This document shows positions 40,884 through 53,919 of a stretch of DNA of 64,000 nucleotides, piece by piece. A model generated the notes under the pieces. The model was not told the origin of the DNA. It saw only the letters and a program-made list of their open reading frames with translations, and did not search any database. How positions within the stretch are numbered: the stretch's first letter is position 1; the number at the start of each line of letters is the position of its first letter. Position numbers and translations under genes: made by a program. This DNA is from Octopus sinensis. Taxonomy: Eukaryota. Where the stretch lies: the NCBI RefSeq assembly GCF_006345805.1, contig NC_042999.1, forward strand, positions 170,128,001-170,192,000. Reading direction: 5' to 3'.

Positions 40884-41472
40884 CTGCAAGCAAGAAAAAA
40901 AAAAGAAAAAAAAAAGAGTTAATATCATTAAAAGTTTAAATGACAATTGTTTAAGGTTTTAATGGAAAATAATATCTGAACTGATAAATAAAGGCCAGCC
41001 AAGCAACTCCATTGTTTTATCAATAAAAAAAATGCATTGTAAGAATTTACAAAGAGACCCTCTCCCCAGCTGCAATAATGGAACAATGTGTGCAATGATA
41101 AACAGATCTTTTTTAGTGTGGGCATATCATTTAATGATAATAATGATTGGAATGAAAGCTGAAATATAGAAGGAACTGTTTCTATTCAAATTATTTTATT
41201 CTACAGACACTTTAGACTTTGTTAGTTTAATTAAGAGAATTTAGTTGAATGAATGTGACATGTTTTCATTACAATTCCGTTGTGTTTATCTGAATACTAA
41301 GATTCCACAGAAGTGAAGTAAAATGATAATGAAAAATTATTGTCAAGCTGTCACAACTTGCAATACGGATGATGTGAAAGTTAATCTAACTTCTCTAATA
41401 AATTATTTTAACATAAATCAAATAAAGACATTTTAACAGCAATTGTAAAACCTGACTGACCAGGCAACTTAC

Positions 41473-41585
41473 ATTCACAAAAATCCATATGAGTTTTGTT
41501 TATTGCAGTTTGCTGTTCACACGATTCTTTTCTTAATAAGCAATCATTTGCATATATTTTATGGTCTGTGCCGCAAATTTGTGAC
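41473..41585 (-). CDS. Kazal half of a follistatin domain, spliceable in frame to L1
   Basis: 113 nt, tttaacag|G...T|gtaagt, phase 2 to 1. Encodes SQICGTDHKIYANDCLLRKESCEQQTAINKTHMDFCE (Kazal motif CGTDxxxYxNxC). Confidence 0.9.
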
Positions 41586-42620
41586 CTGTTAAATAAAAGA
41601 AACGAGATTTAATGTAAACTAAAAATATACAGTGAAACAATTACCTTTCTCCTTTCTTTATAATTTTGCCATGAATGTCTTATTATATTACCTTAATTAG
41701 TTAATGTTTTAATATGGCTGTCTCTCTGCTGTCCAATTAATTACAATGTAAATTTTCATCCCCATCAACAAAACACCAGACCCGGTATGAAAGAGGAAAG
41801 TTGCTTGGCTTGCAAGAGACGGCAGCCAAATCTCTCTAAAATTCTGGTGCGCAGTAAGAAGTTTGCCTGCCAACCACATGGGTTTGGGTTCAGTCCCACT
41901 TGAGTAACTGTCTTCTACTGCTGATCAAAGCATCGTGAATTGATTTGGTAGCCAGAAACTGTAAGAAGCATGTTGTGTGTGTGTATGTGTCTGCCCCTCC
42001 ACAGCTTGACAACCAGTGTTGGTTTGTTTACATCTCCATAACTTAGCAGTGTGGAAAAAGAGTCAGACAGAGTGAGTATCAGACATTAAAAAATATTACT
42101 AGAGTCGATCCATTCAACTAAAACCCTTCAAAACAGTGTCCGAGTGTGGCCAAAGTCTAATGACTGAAACAAGTATAAGATAAAAATTCAATTCCCGATA
42201 CATGAAAAAATAGAACAATTCATGAATTGAACATCTTTGGTTATACAACTACTCAATAAGGGTTGATCTAGGGTCTTAACAACAGCAACAACAACATAGC
42301 AGCTTTCAGTAAGGAATAGAAATTCAAGTCAGATTTGAAGAACATCAAAAAAATTTAACCTAAGAAAAACAAAACCCCTTCCTTATTTCCATGAATCAAA
42401 ACTCTGACTTTCAGAATGAATTACATTATACATCAACAGGCATGGCTGTGTGATAAGAAGTTTACTTTCCAACTACACAGTTCTGGGTTCAGTGCCACTC
42501 AGTGGCACTGGGCAAGCATCTTCTACTATAGCCTTGGGCTGACCAAAGCCTTGTGAGTGGGTTTGATAGATAGATATTTGAAAGAAGCCTGTTGTGTGTA
42601 TATATATGTGTATATATATA

Positions 42621-43179
42621 TAAATAAATAAATAAATAAAACATGCATATATACATACATATATGTACGTACCTACCTCTACATGTATATATGGGTACAG
42701 GACACCAAAAAAACGTCGAACACAATGAGAAACGAAAACATAAACACAAAACCAAGAAAATGGACATTTTTCTTAAACAACGAAAAAATAGAGTACAGGA
42801 CATACAAAACAAGGAAAATTCCCCTTCTTCAGTCGCCTTTGTTTCATCTACTCCACGTTTCGAAGGTCAAGGCAATACATGACTTCAATGAAACTTTCCT
42901 TCCCGCGAAAATCAAATTAAATAAAATTTGAGATTTTTTTGCGGAGGGGTAAAAATGGTAACAAAAACAGGACAGTAACGACAGTACAAAATATAAACAG
43001 TAAAAGACAGGACACGGAGAATAACAGTAACACAAACAAGAAGGGCAGTTAAGCCGAACGAGATAAAATTTTTTACGAACGCTATTTTTTGAGAACGGCG
43101 AGGGAGCAACAATACATGTAGAGGTAGGTACGTACATATATGTATGTATATATGCATGTTTTATTTATTTATTTATTTA
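42621..43179. mobile_element. ~560-bp insert bounded by 68-bp perfect inverted repeats
   Basis: 42621-42688 is the reverse complement of 43112-43179. Element class not established. Confidence 0.7.
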
Positions 43180-43593
43180 TTATATGACGGAACGCACGCA
43201 TCCATTTCTAAGTAAGATTGTTCTATATATATATATAGATAGATATAGATATATATCTTTTTTATTTCTGTATGTGTGTGTCTTGGTATCTGTGTTACCC
43301 ACCCTGTTGCTTGACAACTGATGTTGGTATGTTTACATCCCCATAACTTGTGAAGTTCAGCAAAAGAGACCAATAGAATAAGTACCAGGCTATAAGAATA
43401 TATATGTAAGTACTAGCATCGATTCATTCAACTAAAAATCCTTCAAAGCAGTGCTCCAGCATGGCCACAGCCTAATGACTGAGAAAAGTAAAAGGTAAAT
43501 GATAAAAGTTCTTTAGTGATCTCAATAAGAGATACATATAAACATAAGTAATAACTGCTTCTACTTTGAAAATAATTAAAGGACATTCTAGTT

Positions 43594-44097
43594 CAGGGAT
43601 GGGAAACTTCCACCCGCAAGTCCATTTTATTACACCCACAGGCTGGTATACTCGTATATACGAAATATAGTAAATTTTTCAGTTATGAAATTTATACAAT
43701 ATCTGTATGCCTATTTGCGACATGGGTCGCGTTTCCACTACGACCCAAAACAGACTCGAAGAGAAAATCGTCTGGTAATTACTATTTGATTGGACATTTT
43801 GTTTTCACTCTAAAACCCATATTGCTAGGTTTGTACCACCCTCTTGAGACCCAACTCCAGCTGAAAAATAGAGAATTCCTTATAAGTCATATAAACGCCC
43901 TAAATTCAGTGGCGGCGTTAATGAAGATGTTCAACGTTAATTTAATGTCTTAAACTTATCATTATTAATGTATATCAAATTATACATAGATATATACAAG
44001 ATTTACACAGATATAAGAGTTAGAACTTGTGATCTGCCCGTGGACCCTTTTCTTTGGAAATTTTTGCTCACCGCACTAAAAAGTTTCCCCACCCCTG
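43594..44097. mobile_element. hAT-type MITE (Charlie/Tip100-like ends)
   Basis: TIRs cagggatgggaaactt / aagtttccccacccctg; 8-bp TSD ttctagtt / ctctagtt (7/8 match). Confidence 0.82.
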
Positions 44098-46869
44098 CTC
44101 TAGTTAAACTCTGGAAATATAGGGGCAGATAAAACACCTTGGGGTATTTTAGTTACAGCTTTTCACATTCTTATTTCGAATCCCACCAACACCAAGGATG
44201 TATTTCTTTGCTTCTGAGTCAACAAAAAAAGAAAGAACCAGTTCGGAATAACTGAATTAATTTTCATTATACTCCTTGCCCCTAATTATTTAATTATTAT
44301 TAAATTAATTACAGCACAAATTTTAAACTTCATCAACAGAACTTCACAAGTCAATGAGAGAGAGAGAGAGAGAGGGAGAAAGAGGGAGGTGAGGAGGACA
44401 AGAGAGCAAGCCTCTACAAGGTTGCTGAGCCCACTAGAAATAGCAGCCAAATCTCCCTAAAATCCTATCTTTTACTTGTTTCAGTCACAGGACAGCAGCC
44501 ACGCTGGGGCACTGCACTGAAGGGTTCTAAGTAAACGGTACTTTTTCTGTTTTTTTAAAGTGAGGTACTTATTCTATCTGTCTCTTTTGCTGAAATGCTA
44601 AGTTACAGGGACATACAAACACACACACACACAACAGGTTTCTTTCAGTTTCCCTTTGACAGATCCATTAAGAACACATTAGTCAGCACAGAAGATACCT
44701 GCCGAAGGTGCTGTGTAGTGGGACTGAACCCAAAACCATGTAGTTGCAAAGCAAGTTTCTTAACCACACAATCATGCCTGAGCTTGTGTTTTTTTAATTT
44801 ATTTTATTATCTTTTTTTATAAACAAGAAGGTTGCACAGGACTTGAACCCGTGTTAGAATTCAATATATAAGCTCCAAATGCTTCTTTAGAAAGCGTCTC
44901 AAAGAACAAAACCCTTCTTTCAATTATTTGTATCCTGACCATATTTCCAACATAAAAAAGGGGTGGGGTGGGGGCTGGCCTTTTTATAGTTGCATAATGG
45001 TGGCAGACAAGCATGTGTTATTTATAATCTCTTTTATGGCGTTGTGTGACCTTGAGAGTGAGTCAGAGTAAACAGGCTGAGAAAAAGATTAATTAAGAAA
45101 TGCATTCATTAATAAGAATGTGATAAGAATGGAAGATGCAGACTAAATTCAATCTGTGTCTTGACTGATGACGAACAATTTATAAAGTCTGGCCAAAGAT
45201 TTAGGTTTTAGAACAAGAGATAAAAATTAATCGAAATCATGATAGCATACATTTCCCAAAGTGGCCAATTGCTGGAGAGGTAAAATGCTGAAAAACTGTG
45301 ATTAATGCATTAAGAGGTTGCCTGTCCCACAAGTTATCCAATAATCCTGAATTTTCTTCTCTCCCAGATCATAAATAATGGTTTCATATGTTTGCACAAG
45401 ACCGGCAATTCCAGGGGAGGAGGTAAGTCAATTACACAACCCCGGTGCTCAACTGGTACTTTGCTGATGATTCTGCCAGCTTGCCGCCTTCCACAGATCA
45501 TAAATAATGTCTCATGTTCAGAGCTATACTCTACGTAGTATTTCTAACAACAGTTATCTCTGACTACCATATAAACTCTTCAAACATTCTTAAGTTTCTT
45601 TTGAAACTTTCAAACACAGCTACATTCCTGCCTTTATCAGATCACTTGATTCCCTTTCTAACCAAAGCATCTATCTTATACTTTCATCTCCTGAATGTCT
45701 TTGTACATCAATCAGCCCTAGTGGTCAGATCTATCCAGTTCTATACAACAACTACTTCTAGCTACAGATGTACCCCACCTCTGACCCATCCAAAATAGCA
45801 GGTGACCAATTCCACTCTCATTGGTATTTATTTTCGTCATCATTTCTCACAGACTATAAGGTGGTGCATCTGCAGTTGTTCTGAAGCAGGTGAAGAACAT
45901 TGCTCCACCACCTTTAAGAAATTACCTGCTATCACCATTGAATGTTGTTTACCCACCACCACAACATTCAATTAACCAAAGATGTATTCAATCACAGCAT
46001 GGCCTGCAAATTCTTGTGTCCCCCAGTTTGCAGCCAGGCATTCTGATCCCTTACTAGTCATTTGTACAAACCTTTTCAAAATCTTCCCAACTGCCTTTCC
46101 ACAACTAAGATGACACTGTAAGTGGCAATCCTGCACATAGTGTTACCACATTTACTGCCCAGTTTGTCTTAAGCTCCACACTGTACAACATTCATTTAAA
46201 ATCCAATTCCCCCCCATCGACACACAGCCAGCACCAAAGAGAGTCTCTATGCAGTTACTCATTCAACCTTGAGAAAAAACTAAGAACTAAGTCAAGTCTC
46301 CTGTCAAATCACACACTACTGCCTTAAATAAGAAAACACAGCTATTGTAATCCTAAAGACATCTGCTAAAAAGATGAGGTAGTTACAGCTAGAATGACTT
46401 TGATCATAGGTTAGCTTGATTAAGGTTGACCTAAGACTAAGAGACAAGAATACCAAGATGTCCAGTGTCTTTGCTCTGCTAACCATCAACCTATTCCCCT
46501 TACTTCCAATATCTCAAGGCTAATGGAGACAACCTTAAACAAATCTCTTCACATGCTGAAGATCTAGTCTCTCCTCTGTTACATAACATTGGTCTCTTAT
46601 CCATGGGAACATGGTGGAAAGCAATGTTATCTCAGCATTAACAAAACCTTTGTCTACCGTTGAACCTTCAAGTTCTTCATCTGTCTGTCGTCTCTTCATT
46701 TAAATGTTTCCTGCCAGCTGTACTGTCCCAGTATGTGCAGATGGGGCACTCACAAACCAACATACTATCAACTCTGGAATACTCCATGGTTTGGTAATAT
46801 CCCTCAAGGCATCTCCTTATATACCACATCACTGTGAATTTCCCTCTTTCTTGACAGAGCGGTTAACCG

Positions 46870-47271
46870 GCTTCTGTGCCAGTGGCACTTAAAAGGCACC
46901 ATTCAAGCGTGATTGTTACCAGCGTCGCCTTACTGGCACTTGAGCCTCATGCTAGTAGGGTACTAAGAGCACCATCCAAGCATGATCGTTGCCAGAGCGG
47001 CTGTCTGGCCTCCATGCCGGTGGCATGTGTAAAAGATTTGAGCGAGGTTGTTGCTAATACCGCCTGACTGGCCCCATGCTGGTGGCACATAAAAGCACCC
47101 ACTACACTCTCGGAGTGGTTGGCGTTAGGAAGGGCATCCAGCTGTAGAAACTCTGCCAGATCAAGATTGAAGCCTGGTGCAGCCATCTGGATCACCAGAC
47201 CTCAGTCATTCGTCCAACCCATGACAGCATGGAAAGCAGACGTTAAACGATGATGATGATGATGATGATGA
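46870..47271 (+). mobile_element. RTE 3'-end-derived repeat copy with (GAT)n tail
   Basis: Plus-orientation copy of the consensus ending gttaaacgatgatgatg... Confidence 0.8.
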
Positions 47272-50200
47272 TTAACCTTCCTCCACATCAAGCATGTACT
47301 GCCTTTATGAACCAAGAAGACAAAATCATTCTCCACTGAAAACATGACAATTTAATTCCTACCTACCAATTCAAACGAATTAAATTTAGAGACTTGCAAC
47401 AAATACAAGGCCATACAATCCTTAGTTCCCTTAAGTGTCCCAACTCTTTTTAATGTGTTTTGCTGGGACCACACTCCACACTTAACAATTTATCTAATTC
47501 TATTTTCCCCAGAACCACATCTTTCTGAAGTTTTCTCATTGCCCAGTTTTGTGGGTAGTTTGATTGATGTAGTATTGTTCAGTATTAACTGTTTAATTTG
47601 AACTTCTGTGGATTAACACCTACAGAGTGAGTACCAAACCAGAAAAGTTCAAGCTGAAGAGTTTATCAAGGCACCAATCTCACCTGTCCCAGACACGATT
47701 TTATTTCGACACATGAACTAGTGAAAAACTTGTGCTAAACAATAAATAAGAAGTGAACAAGACAACCAGAAATTGTTTCGTATTTTGTAAGTTGGCATAA
47801 CAAAATATCAACACTTTTGGATAAATCAAATTCAAAATAAGGCTTTGAACAAGAGACATACCAACATTATCTATTTGAAAAGGAATGCTTATGGTTCTAA
47901 AGTAGAAACAGGAGGAAAAAAGGAAGCCAGTTGGAGTGGTTATAAACTCGTAAGGTAACCTTGAAAACAATTGATAATTTATTATAACAATAGGAAGTAA
48001 TACAGTAAATTCACAACCCTTGAAAGAAGGAAATGGTTCTCAAGCATATGAATGAGATCAAGCTGCACCTCTACATAATTATATTAACAGGAAATAATGG
48101 ATTCATATTCAAAATTAATAGTGTTAAAAGTGAAAGGAAATTTAGTCAGAACAGTAAATTCTTTGTATGTGAAGCTGTCCTACATAGTATTACTAACATA
48201 CATTTTGCCTCATTATTTTTAAAAGCTACATATGAAAGAACACAAAATGATTATTTCAGATGTAGTTTATATTTTAATTCTAATTGTATCAGAAAGAGAT
48301 TTTTATGAGATTCTAAACTGAGAGATAATACTTTGTGGCAACAAAAATATGAATAAGGTGCAGCAAAAGAATGCAATACAAAGAATTTATTACAAACTGA
48401 ATGTTAATTTGACAGTGAGAAGAATTAGAAGCAGGTAATTAAATACAAAATATCCCAATGACATGTAATCATGTGGGATTGATTTCAGTCTAGATTCATG
48501 ATGAAAATAAGCTGTATACGACAAGCCACTAGTGGTGACCCACCTGTGTTTCAAATTTCACCCTGGATCCAAACAGTCTTGACAGTTCTCACCAACTATT
48601 CCTCTACACTTAATGTTCTCTGTTTGGTCTTTGCTAAGAATTTTTGGTAGTTATTCTAAATATTCTAATTAAGGCAGTGAGCTGGCAGAATCGTTAGCAG
48701 AATCATTAGCACACTGGATAAACTGCTTAGCGGCATTTTGTTTGTCTTTACATTCTGAGTTCAAATTCTGCCAAGGTTGATTTTACCTTTCGTCCTCATG
48801 GGATCAATAAAATAAATACCAGTTGAGTACAGGAGAGGGGGTCGGGGGGTCGATGTACTTGACTTATCTCCTCCCCAAAAATTATTGGCCTTGTGCCAAA
48901 ATTTGAAATCATTATTATATTATTATTATTATTTTATTTTTTAAAGGATTGGTGTAACTCTTCACAAAGGTAAATAGACAAAACGAAGAGCATGATATGA
49001 AGGGCATCAGACAGATTTCGTCTGACCATGCAATTATAGAAAATCATCATCAGTCATCAACACTTAATGTCTATTTCCATGTTGGCATGGGTTAGATGGT
49101 CTAATAGTAAGTGGCAAGGCCAAGGACCACACCAGGTACCCATAGTTTGTTTTGGTTTGGTTTCAACAGCTGGATGCCCTTCCCAATGCCAACCACTCCA
49201 CAGAGTGGCACTGGGTCCCTTTTACATGGCACCAGCACCAATGCTTTTTATGTGGCACCCACACTAATGCATTTGACATGGCACCTTGGTTTTAGGACCT
49301 CAATTCTGTTGTGGTTGGCAGGTCTTCTCGAGTACAACAAAGCGCTGATGAAGATATATATGGTGGCTGTTCCTTAGTAATGTTGAAGGAGATAAGACCA
49401 TCTTGAGAGATTTTATTTTGCCTGTAGTACGTCTAGAATGAGGTTTCTAAGTTGCACTCAGACAATGTCTGTGGGAATGGTTATCAAAGTTTAAAGGACA
49501 ACCATCTTCAAGTAGTAGAATGAGATGACTGGGGGCAACTGTTTGGACATTGAAGCTGTTTTGATGACAGTACTTTTTAGCACTGGAGGCAAACACACAC
49601 ACACACACATGCAGAAATATACGTATATGAGAGAGAGAGAGAGAACCTTAAAACATATGATGTAAAATCAGTCAGTGTTGAAACAGCAGTGGCAGATAGG
49701 TGGTGTCAAAACAGCTGTGCCAAATGTCTCACACCCTTCCAATAGACCATATAACTCTTTCTCCCTATCAGGATTCATTGTCCATTATTTTCACAACCAC
49801 ATAGTATTCATATCTCTAACATTACTATACAGCATTATATTTCTGAGATGTTTCATTATAAGACAGTTCCTCTCTTTCTCCTACACCATATTATTAAGCT
49901 AAATTCCCAAAATATAAATTCCATAGCATTTAATAATGATAAACAATGCCAAGGCGTACAGTAGAGCTTGGCAGTCTTCTGGCTCACCAGCTTCTGTCAA
50001 ACCATCCAACCCATGCCAGTATGAGAAGCAGATATTAAATGATGATGATTATTGTTTATGGACTGAAGATGCAACATTGCCAATTGAAATTATCTACATT
50101 TTAAAGTTTATGTGCGGCGTCACATAAAAGTGCCAGTGTGGTGTCATGTAAAAGCACCTGTGTGACACTATGTAAAAGCACCAAGCACACTCTGTAAAGT

Positions 50201-51047
50201 GGTTGGCGTTAGGAAGGGCATCCAGTTGTAGAAGCCATGCCAAATCAGACGAGAGTTTGGTACAGCCCACTGCCCTGTTTGCCAGCATGGATAACGGACG
50301 TTAAATAATGATGATGATGAAATTTCTTTCCAGTATAGCATGGGTTTTCATATATTATGCAAAAGAAAAATAATTAAAACTAATTGAAAATATTGTGGGC
50401 ATGTTACTTGTACATGTGGTGGGTGGAAAGCGATTCTACAGGCGGTGGAGAGAAAATGAATGAGGCAAATGTAAAGAAGTCAAAACAGATGTTTGTGAAG
50501 AACAGACTTCACAGTGATTTACAAAGGGCTTGTAAAGAGGATTAACAGCATAGAACATGGCTGCTCAGCAGTTTTGCCCTCTGCAAGTCAGTCAGTATGA
50601 CAAAACAGTTGATGTGAGAATAGTTCCCTGGTTAACGAAGATTAGTGAAATAATGGTAACACAGAGGGAGAAGTAGCGGGGACATTGAATAAGGCTTTAG
50701 GAGTTGTTAGAAACAGGCATAGGCAGATAATATTGTAACTTGATTGTTCTTTTAGTTTTATTGGTTTCAGGCACTGGGGTGTGGCCATGCTAGAGTAATG
50801 CTTTCTCGGATAGAATTGATTACACCAAGACCAGTACTTATTTCCTTGACAATAGAAGGGTGTAAGGCAAAGTCTACCAGGGTGGGGTTTGATATAATCA
50901 AAGGACATAACAAAAAAACAAAAAACAAAACAGAAGGTGTGCTGTTGGATTCTCAATAGATTCTACCATATTCTTGTTAATAAGGAATTTATAAATTAAA
51001 TAAAGAAAAATTTCTATCTTCAGTTAAAATATATGGTAAAAGTTTAC

Positions 51048-51115
51048 TCAATATAAGATATCAGCGTCAGTAAAATAGCCAACGCCCCAATGACGTCACT
51101 TAGTAGTTTATACAT
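51048..51115 (-). CDS. Candidate alternative signal-peptide exon (coding part)
   Basis: ATG at 51115 gives MYKLLSDVIGALAILLTLISYI, then GA|gtaaac (phase 2, compatible with the Kazal exon). Acceptor ttttaacag| at 51170. Confidence 0.6.
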
Positions 51116-52232
51116 CACACAAGCTAGTCATGGTTGGTGCATATTGTGAATGGTGATCACTGATACTTTGCTGTTAAAATAATTGCCTTTATTTCAGATA
51201 AGCAACCTACTAAACACAGCCTTGATTATCAACAGCTCACCATTGTATAGTAGAATGGTTGGTGAAGGAATGGAGGCAATAAAGCTTTTGTTGATAAACA
51301 TGTAATTCATCACAAAGTTAGAAAATGTACCAAAATGTTAAACAGAAATTCTGAGGTCGACTGAGGCAAAGAGTCTTATATGTCAGAGATGTTGGTTAGC
51401 CCCACCCTGGTTGGCCCTGATGGGAGAGACTTATGATCAAAGACATTTGAGGCATGATTATTCAATCGTATTTTAAGGAATCGTGTAACACACTGAACCA
51501 CATTATCCAATGTGCCCTTTAAAGGTGGTGTGATGTGATTTGAGGGAGAATAGACTGCTATTTCTAGCAGGTCATGCAACCACACAAAGGCTCTCTTGTA
51601 GGTTCATGATAAGTGTTAGAGTGTGGATGGGAAAGGGTGCATAATGTTTGGTATTAAGAATAAATTGTCTGCCAATTGCATGAGAGATTCTAATACGAAT
51701 AGAATGATGGATAGATCAGCAAAATGTGATGCCTGACGGAGAACTTAAGTCTGGCAATGCAGAAATTTCTAATTTTGACAGTCAACAATCTTCAATGGAG
51801 TAACTTAATGATTTTACATTTGTGAAGCAAATATGCTGTCTGCCAGAAAAAATAGTTGTGTGTGAGTGAATAAAATATCTTAAAATGGTAACTTATATGG
51901 AGAGAAATATATTTTGTTTTGCTATGTTTGTGGTGATGGCAGGGTAGAACTTGAGCTTCCAATCACCTTGGCCAGTTTTGATAAACCTTTTAGCATTCAG
52001 ATTATCCTGTTAAATGCAATACTTATTTATTCACATTGTTTTAAATTAATCATACATTATCTCGTATCATCAAGATTTTGATGATGAGATTGTTTATTTT
52101 TATAAAACAGAAATATTTGGCTCAGATATTGGAGTTCAAGTGCTAATGGGTTAAGCTGGCTAGTTCAGGACAGACAGCCAACCTCATGTACATTTAACCC
52201 CTTATATATATATAATATATATATTTTATTTA

Positions 52233-52330
52233 AAAGCAGCAGAAATATAACAAAAGCTGTTACTCAAGTGAAACGTGAAACGGAAACGTGAAACTCTGAG
52301 TAACAGCTTTTGTTATATTTCTGCTGCTTT
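52233..52330. repeat. Inverted repeat with 34-bp perfect arms and a 30-bp spacer
   Basis: aaagcagcagaaatataacaaaagctgttactca and its exact reverse complement; the spacer has gaaacg(t) repeats. Confidence 0.9.
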
Positions 52331-52545
52331 AAATAAAGCATATTACTCTACCTCTGGTATTTGAGTACTCTTTTTTCCCCACCTTGTTTCTCATTTATGT
52401 GCTTACTCCGGTATATATATATATATATATATATATTTATTACTTACTCAGAAGGAAAGGCATTACCTATGGCCCTTTTCAGATCCTCTGACAATAATGA
52501 GAGGAAGTTATCTTCAAACTAGAGCCCTAGCCCATGTGTTTGAAA

Positions 52546-52775
52546 CTGAAAGGATTCGACTAAAAGTATTAATAGGCTAAATAATGGTTTCCATACAGGC
52601 AACAGATTACTCTGTCAAATTTAATATTTATATTGTTTTGAATTAATCACGCACTATTACAAAATAGTGCGTGATTAATTCAAAACAATATAAATATTAA
52701 ATTTGACAGAGTAATCTGTTGCCTGTATGGAAACCATTATTTAGCCTATTAATACTTTTAGTCGAATCCTTTCAG
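52546..52775. repeat. Perfect palindrome with 113-bp arms and a 4-nt loop
   Basis: 52546-52658 is the exact reverse complement of 52663-52775; loop acaa. Confidence 0.95.
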
Positions 52776-53919
52776 ATTTTGAGATTTTGATGATGTGATT
52801 GTTTAGTTTCACAATGACGTTGTACGATGGAGGTGAGAGGCTAGATCTGGTCTGTTTCAAAATCAAACAGGTTAAATATTCTGGCCATATATGGCTGGTT
52901 TGAATGCTGAAGGGTTAAGTAGGCCACCCAAAAAAAGGAACAGACCCTTTCGACAGGTTTCCACACAATACTTGCCTGCTAATTTCCACACTTAAGGCTT
53001 TGGACAACTAAGGGTTAAGGGAAAAAATATTTTCCCAAGGTGGAATGCAGTGATATCAAACCCCAAACTACATAAATGCAAAGTAAACTTCTCAACTCAA
53101 CAGCTATGCCTGTGCTACAGAAATTCAACAATGGTTGTTGTAGGCAGTGACTTAATCTGTTGACCAGTTGAACACCTCCACTTCATCTTTAGGTCCAGTC
53201 TGTTACAAGCATTTGGGCCAAGTCACCAGTTTAAATATACCAGCTGCCTTCTGGTTTCAGGGTCCTGGTAAAGGGACATGCTGCCTGAAAAATCATTCAT
53301 CATCCCCTTTCCCATGGTTGCATGGGTTGGGCAGAGTTTATGGAGGCAGATTTTATATGACAAGATGCCCTTCGTCTCACCAAGCACTCACTTGCTTCCA
53401 GGCACAGAAATATTTCCTCAGGGTTGGATATGTTTTTGCAGACCAGTGGGAATGAAGACGCTGCTTCTATAACAAGGACATACACATATGATAGGTTTCT
53501 GTTAGTTTTTACCACCCAAATCTACTCACAAAGCTTTAGTTGGCCCAGGCCTATGCAGAGGGACTGAACCCCAAACAATAAGATCAAGAAGCAAACTTTT
53601 CAACCACACAGTGTCACTTGTGCATATTAGTGTGTGTGTGTGTGTGCACGTCTGTTAGGTTAAAATGACAATTAAGAATGCTTTTGAATGTTCAAAACTA
53701 GAAAAACACTTGAGTGTTGCTTTAAATACAAATAATGAGTGAGTGAGAAAGATTTACAAAAAATATCAATTTCAAACACATTAATATACTAAATGAAATA
53801 AAGGAAAAATATAGTCGTAATTGTTATCAAGAAATTCACTCAAAAAGAGCCTAATTTAAATATACTTGCTATCATACATTCTCAAGGAGTTAGTTAAACT
53901 ATAACATTATTCTACGTAC

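Noticed and set aside
41058-41125. MPTLKKICLSLHTLFHYCSWGE as a direct leader for L1
   Set aside because: Phase-compatible, but the donor (G|gtctct) is poor and the hydrophobic core weak; the Kazal exon has much stronger sites. Not fully excluded.
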